NCBI GenBank assembly: GCA_904063045.1
Contig: CAJFCJ010000023.1
Coordinates: 124,001 to 188,000, forward strand
DNA length: 64,000 bases
Source of the DNA: Dimorphilus gyrociliatus
Lineage: Eukaryota; Animalia; Annelida
Direction: 5' to 3'
Shown here: positions 60,419 through 64,000 of the stretch, in pieces
Numbering within the stretch: position 1 is the first letter of the stretch
Layout: the number at the start of each line of letters is the position of its first letter
Made by a program: the position numbers and the translations under genes
The notes under the pieces: generated by a model
The model's input: only the letters and a program-made list of their open reading frames with translations
Databases searched by the model: none
Told to the model about the DNA's origin: nothing

Positions 60419-63400
60419 TCAATGACCGTTTGTGAGGCCGTTAACAACAGCTTGAGCCTGACCTTGATCTTGAGCTACATCATTTTTCTTTCCACCTCGG
60501 GGGCGTTTTGCACTACGCTGAGGAAGAGCTTGTTCAGCATCTTTCGATTCAGAATTGTTATTCTCCCGAGGCTTTCTGGGCGAAGGAGTTCGACGTGGCG
60601 ACTTTTTTTCAGGAGATTTCGACTTTCCAGAATTGGAGCGATGATTGTCCTCCTTACCATTTTCTTTTGGCTGTTTTTTCGGTTGGGGTTTGGTCTGATT
60701 TATTACAAAAGCATTTATAAACAATTGCCTTTATTTATTAACACTTCTTAAAATGATAGCTTACCCCTATATTGAGCGAATTAAGAATTTTGTCAGCAAT
60801 ATTTTCGGCTTCTTTTTTCTTTTCAACCTTTATTAAGAAAATATATAATATTTATATCATCAATGAGAAAAAAGCTTTATAACTACTAACCGAAATTTCG
60901 CCACTCAAGTCAGGTACGTCGATTTTTGTAACATTTATTTTAGCTTGAGGTAGCACAACATCGGCTTTTTTATTGTTAACAGGAACTTTCACTGGTGCTT
61001 CGACTGGCGCTGGAGGAGTAACTTTCTGAGACTTAGCAGCAACGGGAACAGGTGCAGGTGCAGCAGCAGGAATATGAGCAGACTCTGCTTTTCTTATTTC
61101 TAGAATAAACAATCACTGAATAAATTGAAAAACAAAACATTGTAATTATCATTTACCTGCATTTGGACTCACAGGTGTAGCAGGAGTAGAGTAATGACCT
61201 TTGACGCCACTAAGATGACCGAAATTTCTTATTTGTTCAAGGAGTTCTTTAAACTCAGCAGAATATTTTGTAGCTGTTGAAAATTGATCATCCACTCGGC
61301 GATCACTGACGAAGTGCTGTTAAAAGTAACAGTTGTTAACTTACAAGTCTAATTTTTTTACAATAAATCATGTTACATAGATACAATAGTTTGCCATCAA
61401 TAATATATTACTTAAATAGTTTCGCACAATAAATAATCTATTCGTTAACCGACTAGTTCCTAACTTAAAAAACTAAATTCAGGATCTATTTTACAAATAA
61501 AATTAATGACATTTTCCGGATTTCAGTTAAATTAATTGTTAGCCGTTGTAATAAAAATTCTGTTTGATTATTAATAAAAATTTTTACTTTAATATCAGTT
61601 CTCAAGAAAGCCATTTCTTTTTCATTTAGAGTACTGGAACGATCACATCTGGCCTTTAATTCCATGCATTTTTTATGGCGATTCATCAGCATCGTTTCTT
61701 TACGAAAAAATAATAATAAAATAATACATTATACTTCTTTTTAACAATAAATTATAAGTACATACTTGCATCGGATTTTACTCTATCAACTTCAATCATT
61801 AACTGAGCTTCTCGTTCATTTAGCTCATCATGCAATTTTCTGAAACTAGTCTTAATTTCGTTTACGCTCTGATGACTGATATCAGATAGCTGAACTTGAA
61901 CTCTATTTAATGAAGCTGCCATTCTCTGTAGGTCTTTCCACGATTTTTCTAATCCAGAATGAGGTGGTCGGGGATTGAAGTTAATTGGAACCATCTTTTC
62001 GCTATCGGCTCTTTTCCTATGTCCGGCTAAATTAAAATAAATACAATTAAGATTTATCATATACATATATACATATATATATATATATAGTATTTATCAT
62101 GCCTTCCTTTTAGAATATTATAGTATTATAGATGAATCAAACTCATTTGGTTTATATTTTTTAAAGTAGATATCAAATTTAAAAAAAATAAATATTAACA
62201 AAGTTACGGCTCGCATAGCCCTAATTAAATATTTATCAAAATGTTTTTATGCTTAGGTGAGTGAACTTTGACTCGAACAAGTTGACCTTCAAACGTTATT
62301 CTAAATGATTCTTATGATAGAAATATCGATTTCACACTTAACATATCCTAAACTACACCTAAGGGCCTGAATGTACACTTTATTTTTAGAAGGAATCTGC
62401 ACTAACAGATAATCTAAGACAAAATTGCTTTTGCAGAAGCAAACATCCTGAAATTACAGTAAGAAAATGAAGTCATTTCTAGGCGGGAGAGATCTACATT
62501 TAATTTAACCAACATAAAAAGAAATATAATTTGAGCGTATTCGTTCCAAGTTAACATATTAATACAATTAACAACAGTACTAGTTTTAAAATGTTAGCAA
62601 AAGTGGTAAAGTAAATAGTGAATTGAATGACTAATTTTTCCTTTCCAATTCATATCTTAGTAGATATTTCAATATTCAAAATAGATGAAATTGATACATT
62701 TTTATAAAAGTAATACAAGTTTTAGTGACTATAAATTAGAATTAAATTATTTTTTCAAGCCATCAATTCACTTAATTTGGCACTTCTAGAATAGCCTATA
62801 AAATTATGCTAAATATTTTCTACTGAATTTTTAATATACCTTGTTTTGCTTCTTTAGCTTTTTGCCGCAACTCGCTGGCATCCACGCCATGATTATTGTT
62901 AATAGTTTTACTCTCAGCCTGATTGTGAACTTGTATAGAATTAGGACGAGTTGCCTCATTCTTTAAAGCAGTGTGAAGATTTTCAAGTTTCTTGTCTCGA
63001 CCTAAAAATTAGTATATATAAAAAAGTATAAATATTTTTAAAGATAAAACCATTTCTTAATGTAAATTATATACATTTCATAAAATTTGGTAAAAACTGA
63101 CCATTAGCAATAGGTTGGTCGGATTTTTCGTCATCGTGCTGATTTTGAACTTTTTTCTTGTTGTTCTTCTTCTTCTTTTTAGAAGCCGACTGCTTTGTTG
63201 TATTCCATTCACCCAAAGCCTCTTTTGCTCCATCTGTTTTATGATCAATAATCGCATTCAACTAAGAGTATAACTTGAAAACAAAATATTCATATGAATT
63301 GCTATTCGACATGAAAAATATAATGAGTGGGCGAATTTCCATAAAACTAGGAAGAACTTTTCGAGTTCTTTACAAAATTGACGAGAGTATATATAATCGA

Positions 63401-64000
63401 AAACCTCATTCATTATCCTTAAAAAAAGTATACTAAGTTGGATGAATAAGCCTAAATAATATTTGGATAAAAGGCTTTTTTTTCGATCAGATGCTAAAAC
63501 TTTCAACGTAATGATAACTCTTTATTTAACATAATTTTCTTTAAGAATTTCTCTATTTCGATCGCACGTTAATTCTATCTTAAGCCCCATACAATTACTT
63601 ATTAATATTCAAGCGCCTAAATATAAAAATGGTCACGAATTTATTTCTATGTTTCACTTGCTTTAAATACATATAGAAGGCTTACTATTTTAAAATGTAA
63701 ATTGTACATTCAAGAAATTCAATTACTTTATTAGGTCATCTTACATAATATTGTATTATGTTTTTCTTTAAATTAACTTTGGTATAATGTAATTATGATT
63801 TTAATCGTTGATCAGATAATAAATAGATGGCTTAGTTTATAAGATGAATATCGCATTTAAACATATTTAGAAATTAATAGCTAAATATAGATCATGCCTT
63901 CGAAAAAATGTATGCCTAATTACTTACCTGCTCTAACAGCTTTTATTGTTCTCTCCGGATCATTATTATAATATTCCAGGACCAACATAGTATCGTGGTT
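60419..64000 (-). CDS. SPATS2: SPATS2/SPATS2L-family (DUF1387) protein, 5'-truncated by the window
   Basis: Exons >64000-63928, 63233-63102, 63001-62840, 62026-61766, 61697-61588, 61316-61157, 61099-60891, 60827-60765, 60694-60419, total 1446 nt in frame. Recalled family similarity: MLVLEYYNNDPERTIKAVRADGAKEALGEW..KKKKK, LEKSWKDLQR, LNEREAQLMIEVDRVK, LRTDIKHFVSDRRVDD, plus a basic RG-rich tail. Confidence 0.85.

Noticed and set aside
62252-62363. 8-bp inverted repeat (CTTAGGTG...CACCTAAG) in a SPATS2 intron, considered as a snoRNA or MITE
   Set aside because: No C/D or H/ACA boxes at the expected places, no target-site duplication, and no second copy in the window.
63258-63506. 82-aa ORF on - near SPATS2
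   Set aside because: Falls inside the 63927-63234 intron. The flanking exons join in frame without it and it has no family resemblance.

Overview
Eukaryotic (metazoan), AT-rich, gene-dense DNA with very short introns, mostly 50-70 nt. The compactness and gene content suggest a small-genome invertebrate, probably a lophotrochozoan such as a miniature annelid; this is inference, not checked. About 85% of the window is the 3' part of a giant titin/connectin/twitchin-like muscle gene on +. It enters from the left edge and ends at 56100. By hand I count 55 Ig and 67 FN3 domains: tandem I-band-type Ig exons, then nine copies of a 10-domain super-repeat (Ig-Ig-FN3x3-Ig-Ig-FN3x3), then an FN3-only tail with Arg/Ser-rich inserts. 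No kinase domain is visible. Near its 5' end are candidate alternative terminal exons: a 2.75-kb acidic exon ending at 6265 and a 205-codon read-through ending at 1944. A complete 8-exon antisense gene (12755-7144) for a MUC4/Mesh-like NIDO-AMOP-VWD-EGF-SEA membrane protein lies in what would be its largest intron. Two FN3 domains in adjacent super-repeats are 99.3% identical at DNA level while their neighbours are diverged. The right end holds a secreted two-discoidin-domain gene (+, with a GC-AG intron) and the 3' part of a SPATS2-family gene (-). No tRNA, rRNA, CRISPR array or intact transposon was recognised. Exon boundaries were placed by hand from GT-AG signals and frame continuity.
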